A DNA stretch of 64,000 nt from Kudoa neothunni (lineage: Eukaryota > Animalia > Cnidaria), in contig OZ199838.1 in the NCBI GenBank assembly GCA_964304625.1, forward strand, positions 13,475,945-13,539,944, written 5' to 3'. The notes under the pieces were generated by a model. The model was not told the origin of the DNA. It saw only the letters and a program-made list of their open reading frames with translations, and ran no database searches. A program made the position numbers and the translations under genes. Positions within the stretch are counted from its first letter, which is position 1, and each line of letters begins with the position of its first letter. Positions 1 through 12,993 of the stretch are shown one piece after another.

Positions 1-831
1 AAAATTTTCTTTTCACTAAACAGAAAAAATGAGCTAAGCGACTCCCTTGTTTTATTTTTTTCCATTATACGCGAAACATTCCTCATATCAGCTCTAGGTG
101 TTCTAACCATGGTAAGAACCATTTTTAATAACTGGAAGCTCTTTGCAACAATGATTATAATAGAGAAAGTCAAACATATTGGCATCACATGTAACATTTC
201 AGTAAAAATTACCATCCAAAAATATATCAAAAATCCGCTATGTGAAAGATTCTCCGAGCTGCAACATTTGTAAGACCAGGGGTCTTATTAAAAGTTTTCT
301 TTTTAATATTTTAGAGGTTTTTAAATCTTCTGCGGCCCAGATAAGGTTATTGCCATCATATTCAGGTAAATCAACGACAGAATCAATAAAATCAGAGGAA
401 TCGAGGATTTCAATGAAGTGTAAATTATAACCGACGGAATATATTTCGTTAAAGACCTCCATGAAGACAAATTTCCATAATAATCGCGCTTCGTGTACAC
501 TCGTATAAACTCGTTAGAAAGTATATCTCATTTTTCTCTTTATTTCGTCGATAGATCTTGCTAATATTCTCAATTTCATTTTATTATAACTTTATATATA
601 AAATGATAAAATAAAATTGTGGGTCTATTAGACCCAAAAAGCGCCAAGTGTATAATTTTTATTTTATTTTTCATTCATCAACGATAATGCAAAATTTATT
701 TAGCAGGCATACAGTGTAAAAAATTTTATAAGAATAGGCCGAGTTTTAGAAATTTTAAATAATTAGAAGGGGACAAAAACTAATCTTTAATATGGCTTGG
801 GGTCTAATAGACCCCAAAAGCACCCCGAAGG
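1..831 (-). mobile_element. Defective piggyBac-like element; one end in the window, the other upstream of it
   Basis: Ends ...CACCCCGAAGG|TTAA (TTAA 832-835). Subterminal palindromes TGGGTC-TATTA-GACCCA (620-636) and GGGGTC-TAATA-GACCCC (799-815). Minus-strand frameshifted remnants at about 70-200 (NVTCD..., LTMVRT) resemble the piggyBac second-Asp region. Confidence 0.75.
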
Positions 832-1446
832 TTAATGAACGGCTCTTGTAGGACGTAGAGAATCCTGAGCATTGATGTGACATGGATAATGGTGAGATAA
901 TTGGGCAGTGTGGCGTACATTGAAATAAATACTTCGATTTTTTGTCTTGTTTACTTTTAAGCGAATGTGAATATTCTAAACCAATAAAAAAGCACTGATT
1001 AATTTATATGAAAAATATAAAAACGTTTAACATGGTTTTTGTTCAATAGAGTCGGAATGGTTATAATTCCAATGTTGTCACATTTATAACCGTGATCTCC
1101 CCTTTTCTTGATTCATATTAAAACAATATTGATTAATTTTCAATATTAATTATTTAATTTCGGTTTATAAGCCCCGAATATAGAAAAGTTTTGTCGGATG
1201 GGGTTGGATTACCACAAGTTTCACTTAACACTGTTTTTGGCTGAATGCAGAAGTAAAAATGTTTATTTTTAAAGTCCATCTATAAATTAAGTTAGATCAG
1301 GTCGAATACATTTTAATTCTAATGAAGAAGAAATATATATTTGTAATTTCTAATTTTAATGTGACATGAAGCTTGATTCAAAATTATAAGCAGTTTAAGT
1401 TAAAAAATCAATACATTTGAAAAAGGTGGGATGCGATGGAAAAAAA

Positions 1447-1460
1447 GTTGGGAAACACTG
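1447..1460. mobile_element. Solo right end of a hAT (Charlie/Buster-type) MITE
   Basis: GTTGGGAAACACTG (reverse complement CAGTGTTTCCCAAC) followed by CTCTAGAT, an NNNTANNN-type 8-bp target. Partner end not found. Confidence 0.5.
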
Positions 1461-1500
1461 CTCTAGATGGACACGATAACACCAAATCATAATAAGTTAG

Positions 1501-4500
1501 CTCACGATAATTTATACACATCCTAAGATTTCGAAATGTTTTTCTTACTTACTAGGAATTATTCGTCCAAAAATAGGTTGTTTTTGTCTTAAGACCGAGA
1601 TGGTGGTTTCTCTTATGAGAGTTCAATAACGCTATTTTCATTTTATAAGAATTGGTTTCTATTTGATAAATCTAAATCTTCATTTACAAATAATACTTAC
1701 TGACTGTAATAATGCTTACAGACTTATTGTTTGAGAATATTTCGCTTAACTGAATTTCATTGGTCTCGCCGAAATGATTAGGTACTACACATGTACAAAG
1801 TTAAGTGATATTACATCAATTTAAAATTTCATCCAACTTATTTTTATTTTTTCTTAATAACTACAATATGGTTAGCCGATAATCAATTTTCAAGACCCCT
1901 TGTTCAAAATAATAAATCAATCTAAATAAAAAAAATTCTTATCGATTTTATAAATTGAAGCATTGCTTTAAATAGAAAGAATTATACATTAGTACAAATT
2001 ATTCGTCTTATAAACTTTGAGAAAAAATATTTTCTGAATAAGGTTATAATCTTCAATAATACAACGTATAAAATCAGACAGATGTTAACCAACAGAGGAA
2101 CCAATACCATTAGTTTACTAAGTCTTACATAATGGCACGTGCTCCTGCACTTGGTAATTCATATTTCAGAAAGCATACGAAATAAAATAAATTTTAGCAA
2201 TTACAATAGTTTAATGTTTCAGAAAGCTTATGTTATTATTTCTACGATCAATGAAATCCAAATGACGTTATGTAATAGCTCAATTTTCAGTAACAGTCTT
2301 GAAAATTCTACCGTATTATCTTTCCCCAAAGATTACAAATCATTTAGCGAAAAAATCACTTATTACGGAAATGAAGCTGAAATTTTTATAAACATGTTAG
2401 TTTAGGAGTAATTTCCTCCCGTTGCAACAGACAGTCCGAGCATGCGGATTAAAAGGATCCGTTGCAATAGCCACTGCCTATATTGTATCTATTGATCTAA
2501 AATCATCTTTCGCTATTGTAAGGGATAAAATTGTAAAATACTGTGAATATATATTATAATAAAATTAAAAAAAATCAATTATTTTGAAAAGTTCTTTAAA
2601 TTAACACAGAACTGTCATATTTTAAAAGTTTCTGCATTCCCATCTTATAAAGTTAAGACAAAATAATTAGTATTGATTATTAATAAGATTCCAATTGTGT
2701 CAAAAAATTCATTAATCATATAACGAATCAGAAAATTTGGATTGCATTATCTAAAAATGAAATAAAAACATGACATTAAAAAATACTCAATGTATAATTT
2801 ATTACGACGATCACCACAACCCATTTACTTATTTTATACGAGTAAATGAACTTCAGATAAGGAATATAGATTTAAATCAATGATGAAAGACAATGTATAA
2901 ATTTGATCTTTGAAATTAATCATAATAAAAATTTGTATCAACTTTGATATTACGTGAAAAATTAAAACGAATTACAGTAACCAAATAAAAAATAAGGAAT
3001 CTATTAATTTCAACATCGTCACAATAAGTTAATGAATTTATCATAAGTATTATTTGTCAAATACTTGAGTAATACTTCTGAATTATCAAAGGAATTGATC
3101 ACAGGTTTACGCCAAAACCCTCTTCACTTGAAGAAGCTTGGTTAGGAATTAGAAATCATATTTAACAAATGCTGATTCATTAAAATAACGATCCCTTTTT
3201 TTATTTTTTAAGGTAGAAACTTTATAGATGCAAGTAGTTGATATAACCAACTGAATTTAAAATATTTAAAATTTAGTAACAACATGTATGATCGTATAAA
3301 TATGCTAAATAATATAATAATTCATTAGGATACTTAAAATTTATTGAGATGAGTCAAAAATTTCATAACAAATAAAAAAACCTATATATATATATATACA
3401 TGAGAAAATTAAATATTAATGAATTTAAAATCAACAAAAGATGCCAAATTAAAAATTGTATCCTTAATAATCCATAAATATTGTGAGTCAGAATAAAAAT
3501 CATTTAGAAACTATTTAAAAAGTCATATTATATTAAAACAGATAAAATAGATTATATTATAACAAATATTCCACAAAATTGAATGTAAAACTATTAAAAA
3601 GGCATAATAATAAATTAAACTCAATATATATGTAAACTAAAAAATAAATGAACCAATTTAATAATTGACTCTACACGAAATTGAGTGATCATCAACATAA
3701 AACTATTATTTTCAAAGGAATATGTATTTATATTATCAAAAAATTTCTTTAAAAAATCTAAAACAATAAATTTATTATAACAATGCTGATATATTTTACA
3801 ACTGATGTGATAACTAAATTAACTATTACCACTGGTTAAATATGGTGTCATTTAGGAATACATTGTTCATGGGATCGAAAATATTCCTCCCTTTAATAAA
3901 TTAGATTCCAAGGGTTCCTCGTAAGAAACGAATTTTATAATTTACTATTAAAAATACCGGAAAAAAGGAAACTCAAACACTAACGCCTAACTAAAAAAAC
4001 ACATACCGACTCTTACATTCCACGATTCGTTTTTAATGCAGCTCATTATTTCTGGGACAATGATCTTAAGACCGAAGGAGGTATTTTTAGTTAGGAGACT
4101 TTTGGACACTAATACGCAAGTCTAAAAAATAATAATGATTATTAATAAATCGTTAACAGACAAATAATATACTTTTCTAACATTTTCATTATTGGCAGAA
4201 AATGACAACATGAGTTGTTTCGAAAATAGCGATAAATAAGGTTCGAAAAATCTTTCAACCAAACAGCAATGGGCTTCAAATAGAAATAATCCCGCTAAAA
4301 TGTGAATTCGAAAAACAACATGCATATGCATATCATCTCATCCAAAAATACCTTCCAAGCGTTCATAATTTGTTTTCGAATTAAGCAGATCAGTGATTTT
4401 ATCGACGATATGGCAATCGCTGAACGCTTGCATACCAGCACCCTTAATAAGACCGGAAATACCGTACGAAGAACCACGTATAATAGCATATGATTTGGAA

Positions 4501-7500
4501 GTTGATAACTTAAGATAATTGTTCAAATATATCATTCTAACTACTTAGATTTGATTACATTTTCATAAAATTGATTGATATGATATTTGAGATCTTTTGG
4601 TGGGGTCAATTTGTTTGTCAATAACGATAGACTTTTTGCTGCAGCAATCTGAATCTGTTTCGTATAAGGCAATTAATTGGATATTATCGTATATGAAATG
4701 TCACTCACATCCTGTGAAGGTAGATACAACAGGTTAAGTAGGTTTTCCACGATTGATTCAATCTATAATGGGGCATATTTAAATAACGCAGAGTAAAACT
4801 GAAGGGTATAAAACGAAAAAATACTTTCTCATCGCCACTATCTAAATTGGCAGCAATATGGCCCATTGTAATAGCTAGATATTGTCGGGAGGATTGATGA
4901 TGGTTTTCGTTGCTATTAAAGGTTTCTTCGAAAACATTGTTTGCGTATAAAATAAATTGTTGAGCCAATTTCTAACCGAGAAATCAGTCGAATACAAAAA
5001 GTATCCAATAATAATTACAGCTCCATAATAACCAATTATCAAAGTAACCAGTCGGAGTAGTTGACTACAAACTGTCTTGTTACGATCATTAAACCCAGTT
5101 GTGACACACAATCGAAAAAGTTCCAATATCTAAAATGGAATAATGTAGGGATGTGAAAGATACGAAACCATTTACATCACTCTCTGACAATTGTTCATAC
5201 ACCGCAATCCACACAGCGACAACCATAAGACGATTCTCCCAAGGATCTTTTTTCGCACAAATCACGTTACCAAGTTCATCTTTCTTTTCGGGAATCTCCT
5301 AAAATAACATTAATTGTAGTAGAAATGGTGTTGATTAACCCTTTCATGCCGAAATTTTTTATTTATGGTCCGAAGATCAAATATTACGTAGAAATGGTTA
5401 TTTATTTGATTTAAAAAATTAAAATGTTCCAAAAATTTTTTGTCAACCATTACCATCGAATTACAGGAAAAAGTTTAAATTAAATATAAATCCTATTTGT
5501 ATGTATCATGCTCGCATAAAAATATTATGCTGTCTTAAAAATGAATTGAAAATTTATTTTTATCTGATTTATAAACAATAGTTTAATATAATCAATATAT
5601 ATTTATATCGATCAAATTTTTTGTGCATGTGCGCCGATTCTAATTTTCATAATTATTCCATGTCTAAAAGTATTGTAATTTGAAACTTTTAAATATCTTC
5701 ACAATAGATTGAGTTTTAATATATATTTATTTGCGAAGTAAATTATAATAAAATCATAAATAATGGCAATAATGATTTATTAAATAATATACAACAATAA
5801 TCACTGAGTTACTTTTTTAAACGTACATGAATATCTTTAAATTATGATAAACTATATTTAAATAAAAATCTCTCATAGAATTAATTACGATTATACATAA
5901 AAATAAATTAAATCGTTTAAAATGGTGCTATTTCAAATTTTTGAACGCGTATTATAATGATAAAATTTATCAAAATAATTTTTAATTGGTTTTTAAATAG
6001 ATAAAAATCATTATAGCATTTTATAACATTATTGAAGAGATTATTCAGAATAGAGCGCCATGGAGGTGCAATTTTCCTTTCTGGCTCATTTAAAATTCAA
6101 ATGAACATTGGGCACGAAAGGGTTAATGGATGAAATCTTCAACATACATCAACGAACCCACTCCACACATCCAACAATGCACCATAGACTTCGGTTGATA
6201 GCTGAGGAAAGTTTTCCAACACATCACAAATAGACATAGCTATGGGGTCTTTCAGATGGAACATGTTGTCAGTTGATAGGCAACCCACCAAGTCGAATAT
6301 CAACGAAATTGGTGTGGATAATGAATTTTCTTCCCAAACACTATATCCACAACAACGATGATAACAATGGGAAACAAATGAGTAGCAATTAACATATGCA
6401 TGCTAAAATATGACAAATAAAATTACCTATTAGCTATTGAACTGAACTGATTATTCTCATGGAAGCAAAAAATCAGAATAACTTTGGTGTAGGAAAGATA
6501 GGTTGAAGCGGAGGCTTTTTCACAAATAGTATGGATTTGTCTTAGAACACACAGCACTGCATACGTAAGGGGATCTACAGGTTTGATGAGGCAGGAAATT
6601 AGTTGTTGAATGTCATTGTCAGTCGGTAACAACACCGAAACATTGATCTCCAGCAAAGATCCATACATAACGACCATTAGCTCTGTGATTTTATGAGAGA
6701 GCTTGATGTTCGGCGAGCAGAATTCCAAATATTTCAAACAAAGCGATGTCAACTCCACCACTACATTGTATTGAGCACAGCATAACGAATCGATCTCCAG
6801 GAGAATATCAAAATTATATTGAGTAAAGTCGGAGAGAGATTTCAATAATGTGACAGTATCGACAATAAGGGAATCAACAATTTGTGATTCTCTTCGTGGA
6901 TCCAAAATGTATTCGACAATAGGCATAAATATACTCAAATAACTGAAATGCTCACTGAGAGTAGGATGCAAACATTTTTTTAACACTTTCCCCGATTGAT
7001 CCCCAACAACACTAACATCAGCCGGACATGTGGGTAATTTTGGAGTGGAAGTTTTTGACGACAGTTGCACACCATAGATTTCAGCCAGCTTTTTCACGCA
7101 CACAGGCAACATAGCATCCAACCTCACCAAAAGATAATCAGCTGGAATAATACCGCATGGATTTTTGCATCTAGCGGCGACAATTGCCAACATACGGAAA
7201 TCCAACAAGTACGAGTTGTTCTTTAGAATGAGCTGGGCCATGTTTACTATTTGGTTGAATGCTGTTGAAGAGACAAGTGGGTTGTTAACCACTTTGAACA
7301 AATATTCCATAATTATTGGTGTAAAATTAATTATGTAATGGTGATGTTTGGATTTAGACAATCCAGTCAAACACTCCCAACAAATGATCATTCGATGGTT
7401 CAAATCGTCGATTCGTTGTCTGACAGCTTCTTCAACCTTAAGTTGTTCTTCGACTTTGGGGTGAACATTTGGGGTTTGCAATTTAGTATTTGTCTTTTTC

Positions 7501-10500
7501 TTCGCGTTACCAACATTGAGAGACGATTTGGGGGCTTTTTTTGGCGATCGACGATCAACGCCAGTGACAACTTTGTGTTCAATGCCCTTAAGAATATCTT
7601 TATTGTATAGTTCACCTTCAACTGTTTTCCAGATGTAAATGTGTTCTTGAATAATGTTGGTGCTGTGCAACGTTTGAAGAGTTCCACTAAACCACTCCAC
7701 AAATGCTGATATAAACTTCATTCCGCCATAATTACAACAAGTAATTATAGCACTTTCCAATCCCTCAATATAACCATCAAATCGGTTCGTCAACACATTC
7801 AAATGATGGTCGGTTATACGTTCAATGATAATATTGGTTTTTTCGTTAACAAAAAACTCAACACCAATACCCAGGTTGTTCAGTAAAGCGATCCACATGT
7901 TTTTGTGGACCGCTTGAAAATGTGGATGATATAAAACAGGTAGCAGATCAATGATAAAATGATCCATTGGAGGACATCGAGTTAGGAGCGATCCAAAATG
8001 GTTTGCAAAATTAATCACAAAACACGTCGTACGATTAAGTATCGATCGTTGTGTGATGGTTGGCTTTCGATCATCACGACCAGAGCCAATCAGCTCATCA
8101 TCCATAGAGATGTTGTAGGCATTCACAATACCTTCAAAGAATTTTTCGTAAAATAACTCGGACCATGATCCAATAATATTCATATGCTGTGTTGGAACAA
8201 ATACATCGACCCCACTCAGCACAGCACCATCACTATTCTGACAACACATACCATATAAAAATGCATTATTGATCCAAGCAATCATTCTAAATTTGGACGT
8301 CCAAATTCACACGCAAATAAACAAATAATTACTTTTCTTCTATTTTATCTGTTACAGAAAGAGTTGAAAATAATGTTAAACAATCTCGAATAACGTATAA
8401 CGCATTTTGATGATCTAACATGTAGAATAATTTAATTTATGTGATTCATAAACAAACTTACACATAGATAATGTTGGATCAACTAAAAATTTTGTTATAA
8501 TTGAATTTTCAATAGTGTTCTTTTTCATCAAATCCAGCACTATAGAAAAATTATAAAAAACTAAAAGTTTTGTGGGTAAACGATTTTCGGTCGCATTGGT
8601 TATGTATAATGAAAATATTAGTAAAAGTTTGATCATTGTTATTTATTTGGAGACTGTAACTACAGTAAGTCACCATTTTACGCAGTTTTCTAAAAACTTT
8701 AAAATATTAATCTATTCGGATACTCTATATCGTTTTTGAAACTACAAGGAGTGAGTGATATTTTTAAATGTATAATTATAACTTGAATATAAATATATTA
8801 TGGGTACGAAAAATAAAGGTATATTAAGATATATGAAATAAATAATTTTACAGTCCATACATCATTGAATTTTGTCACTCGAAATGTTTGACTCTCAAAA
8901 TCGCGAAATTCTTGTAGTTATTGTATTCTTATTACAATAAATTTGATATATGTGTAAGAAAGTATTCAATCACAAAAATTACATAAAAATATAAAATATT
9001 TGAGATAAATCAATTTCAAATTTATTACAAAATCACCTTCGAAACAAAACTACGTATGAGGAGACGGTTTTTATAATTCGTACAAAAAACGTTCTAATAT
9101 AAAAATTAAAACAAAATAAATTTTATTATAATTAAATAAATCAATACACATCTTAAACCGTGTTGAAAAATTGTTTGCGATGTTTAAAAATGGGTGACCT
9201 GAAAATGATAAAATGACAGTTTGGGGATTTTAATTGATCATAAATGATTCATAAATAAGAATTTCGTTATCTATGCTTTATCAGTTCACAAATAATATAA
9301 TATTTTATAATAATTATTGTAACCACTATTATTTAGATAAATTTGAATACTTTATTTTTCTAGAAACAAAAATTATAATAATAATATTAATTTTATATTC
9401 CAAACTTAAATTTTCTCGTCAAATTTTAATAATAAATGTGTATTTGTACTTTATAATTAATAAAAACCTTAATAGATATAATGAACATAATATTCTATTT
9501 TAATTTAGCACATTTTATGAATTTTAAGACAATAAAAAGTAAAATAACCCAAATAAAAAATCACGTGAGTAGCCATTTTTACGCAGTTTTTGAATTGTCG
9601 TTGTTCGTTTATAGATGTCATTTATTCTCAATAGCTGGTCGAATTAAACAAAAAACAAAGGAATTTTATCTACAAATATAAAATAATAAGGAAATACAAT
9701 AATCTTACTTTTTGTGGGGAGAAATCTGCTATCTTATTTTAATTTAAAATATCAAATTAACATACGCAAAGATATTTTAAAAGATAATGAGGAATTTTAT
9801 AAGAATTTCTAATTTCTAATTCTGAATATGGGTTATTAACATTTTGTAGTTATTGTAAAAAAATTAAATAATGATTTTCTGTATTATCACGCGAATAAGC
9901 GGAATTCATTAACACGATATAAGAAAATAAAGAGATGCATTCATCTTAAATAAACGAAAGAGAGACTATTGATAAATTAAAATTTAATCTAAAATGTCAC
10001 GTACGAATCATCACTTGAAATTTTTAATCTCGCTAACAAATTTTTCAAAGATTAATTATTCAGAATCTATTATATTTAATCAATTCTGGCTCACCGCATC
10101 GCTATTGAGGGTCACAACAATTAAATATAGACAAGGTTAATGACACCCAATAAAAGAAATCCTTAAGAATATCCACCTTCAAAGATATTTTCAACAAAAA
10201 ACTTTAGAAATAATTTAACTTAAAAAGTACATATAGTATAAAAACGATGCTAACGAATTATATGAACACAGCGAGGCCATCAATTAAATCTCAGAAGGCG
10301 ACTTTCTCGTAAGAATCTTTTCATAAAAATCCAAGTCAGTTGATAAAATTACATTAAGTAATTTTTAACTAATCCCAGGACAAATCAATGAACAAATGAA
10401 AACTATGATGGAAAGTGTTGAATCCCAAGCAAACAGGATCAATCGCAAAAATCGCACCTATTATGATCATCTCGTAAAGGGAATGGTATTTAATTTAAAT

Positions 10501-10541
10501 TTAGTATTTTCCAGCACCTCCTCAAAATCAAGTTACGCTAA
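1501..10541 (+). pseudogene. Decayed SLC9C/sNHE-like voltage-gated Na+/H+ exchanger (NHE-VSD-CNBD), interleaved antisense with GCN1
   Basis: Motifs occur in SLC9C order: IILTDC...L.FIGLAEMI (1690-1780; cf. ATDP...GESL); *WHVLLHL (2130-2153); ACGLKGSVAIATAYIV (2440-2487; cf. GGLRGAVGLALA); YIVHGI exon ending at a GTAAG donor (3921); SYYNKFD (8927-8947; VSD S3 WNxFD); basic LRMRRRFL (about 9050-9073; S4-like); HLFSIAGRIK and SYFLWGEICYL (9619-9735; CNBD); NQFWLTAS (10078-10101). In-frame stops at 1732, 1747, 2130, 8915, 9679 and 9700. Boundaries approximate. Confidence 0.6.
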
Positions 10542-12993
10542 ATGTCTAATCAAACGGCGAAAAATGGTTTAAAAAAAGTTTAAGCAAAATTCTTTTATCA
10601 CACACACACGAATTAGCCATTTTTGGGGGAAAAAATTTTGATCCGAAGAACCAAAATTAACCGCTTACCCACTTTTTGTGTTAACAAATTACAGAATGAA
10701 TTGGAAATTTTAGTCGGATCGTGTCTGTGTAATGATAGCAGTATTCGAAGGGCTATCAAAAGTTCTGTTGCATTGCTGACATTTCCCAGCAATCTTATAT
10801 TTTTTTGAATAATCTACGAAAATATTGTTAGTAAAACACAATCAACGACAATCGAGAGAAATAGGATACATCAACAAAATGTTTTTGATGTTTCATTAAA
10901 ACATCACAAAAATCAGCGACGTTAGATTTGGAGGCAACAATGCCGACCGCGTGGTAAACGTCCAACTTGAAATTTTGAACAGTTTTGCAAGGTTTATCAA
11001 ATAGCTAGCCGACATGAAATTAACTTAAATTCACATTCACTTCACAGTGCTTTACTTGTGAGAGAATCGAATTGGCGATATGTTTTATTAAATGAGTCGG
11101 ATCATTTGTATCTGCGATACTTTTCACCACGCCAATAAGAGATTGTTGGCACAAGTTATTACCTTATTTAAGAAAAATCAATTAAGAGGGATGAATGAAA
11201 CGCCAATATTTGAATACCTTCAGTCGAAAAAATTCCATTTATTACAGTTACCAATTCAATTATCTGATCCTCAGAACAATGAACCAAATACATTGGATTT
11301 AATATGGTTTTCAGACCTTATATCTAATATAAATATCATATTCATTATTCTAATACCATTTATCAGCGATAAACGTAGATCCATGTTGGTTAATTTTTGT
11401 TTGTTTTCTAACAAATAACCGTCATAATTGTTGCCATAACACGGAATTTTTACTAAATATGTCCAAATATAATATAACTAATTGATAAAGCAACAATTGG
11501 AAATGTTGTATATTGGCACAACAGATTGATTTCAATAACTGCGAGTATAAATTGATAGCTCTCTTGGTTGTTGATAGATCATCAGATGATATAAAATCTG
11601 TTATGAATATTAGACGAAATTTATAATTCAAAAATAAAAAAAGTTGATTATGAAGAATTACTCATAACCAATTCAGCCGTTGCAGCTGCATCGCTGTTAA
11701 CGATATGAGGAGGGAGTTGTGAGTAGAACTGTTCTAAAACTAACCCAACATGTACACCACGTGTAAAGAAGAGTGAATTTTAGCATACAACTGATAGATT
11801 TTGAGTGATATTTTTTGGTAATAGATTGAACTTTCGGTTGAAAAGATGACCAAAATGTGTCGTTAGGCATAAAATTAACAAGTTTCCACACATTCGTCTT
11901 CAAAAGCATTTTACAATAAATTCGAAAAAAGTTAATTACTCTTGTTAAACTGTTAAAACTATCGGCAATCGCTTCTAACTGTTCATTGATAAAATTATCG
12001 TAACCGAAATTCTAGAAAACATACTTTACGTTATACAAAAAATAACAAGGTACATATAAGTTTGTTAAATCAATAGACTCATTCAGTTCGCCCACTCTAA
12101 AAATTGATAGAATCAATGATATCAAGATTTCCTAAAAAAACAGAGTTAAGCTGTAGTTGTAGTAAAGTGTCACTTTATCAGAAGGATAACGGCTGCGTAA
12201 TTTTTCTACAGGCTCAAAAATATTCGTGTTGCAAGTTTTCACGAAAATTTTATTCATAATCTACAATCAAATAAGTCAAAAAACCATGACTTTTAATGAA
12301 TAGAAAACGCAAAAGTACATCGAGAACTATGTGATCTAACCTATCAATCGATTTTTGAGTAGAGCTGCCATAAACTTCACATAAACGCAATAAATTCGCA
12401 ATCAGCCATAAAAATCTCTCAAGTTTTATAGGTGGTAAATCCACAAGCCAATTGTTGTTAGTTGTTTTCAGTGATATGATATCTTTTGTAAGGATCCCAA
12501 CAAATTTTCTTCCATATTTTCCATGTTTGGCAAAATAACTTGAAAACCTTTCAATAAAGTTGGTCGTATCGATAACATCGATACAACTTTCGACTGTCAT
12601 ACCTACTATTGTTAAAAATTAATCACTCAATTTATAGATAACAAGGAATGTACAAATCTTACCGGTTTTGATACATGTTGTGGTTATTTGAGAAAGATAC
12701 TCCATTGATTTGATATCACTAAAACCATACAAAATGTATATTTTTGAAATTAATAACTTTATATTCAATAAATGAAAATCCAAGCATATTCTTAGCAATT
12801 TTTCAGCATCCTCAGGTTTGTTTGAAGGACCTACTATCTCTCTCATTGAAACAATCACAAACGAAATTTCTATCCTACAATCATCTACTAACAATAGCAC
12901 ATCCTTTAATAAATGTTTAAGATTTTGAGTGGTGATTTTTTGACCAAATTTCTCTAAAATTTGATCAATTGTATCGTCAACCCCTGCTGACAT
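4007..12993 (-). CDS. GCN1: GCN1, eIF2-alpha kinase GCN2 activator (HEAT repeats); multi-exon, 3' part presumably beyond the window start
   Basis: N-terminus MSAGVDDTIDQILEKFGQKITT resembles GCN1 ETLKRFAGKVTT. The 620-aa ORF carries GELYNKDIL...EEAVRQRI. Later exons read DPWENR, GFNDRN, SYAIIRGSSYGISGLIKGAG, FFEPY and ESWNVRV, in GCN1 order. A 2153-nt intron (8540-10692) is phase-compatible. Last visible donor at 4006-4005. Confidence 0.85.
5339..6122. mobile_element. piggyBac-type MITE (784 bp) inside a GCN1 intron
   Basis: TTAA|CCCTTTCATGCC ... GGCACGAAAGGG|TTAA. Removing it restores an intron of about 60 nt. Confidence 0.85.

Noticed and set aside
8415-8636. ORF-track start MIKLLLIF as the GCN1 start or a signal peptide
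   Set aside because: The ATG lies inside the 2153-nt intron; only the part below 8540 is exonic.
1501-10541. Genome-wide stop-codon reassignment as the explanation for in-frame TAA/TGA/TAG
   Set aside because: RFC3, HSPBP1, ZIP, Myt1, annexin and the transposase use TAA, TAG or TGA as true stops and show no internal stops where I could splice them.
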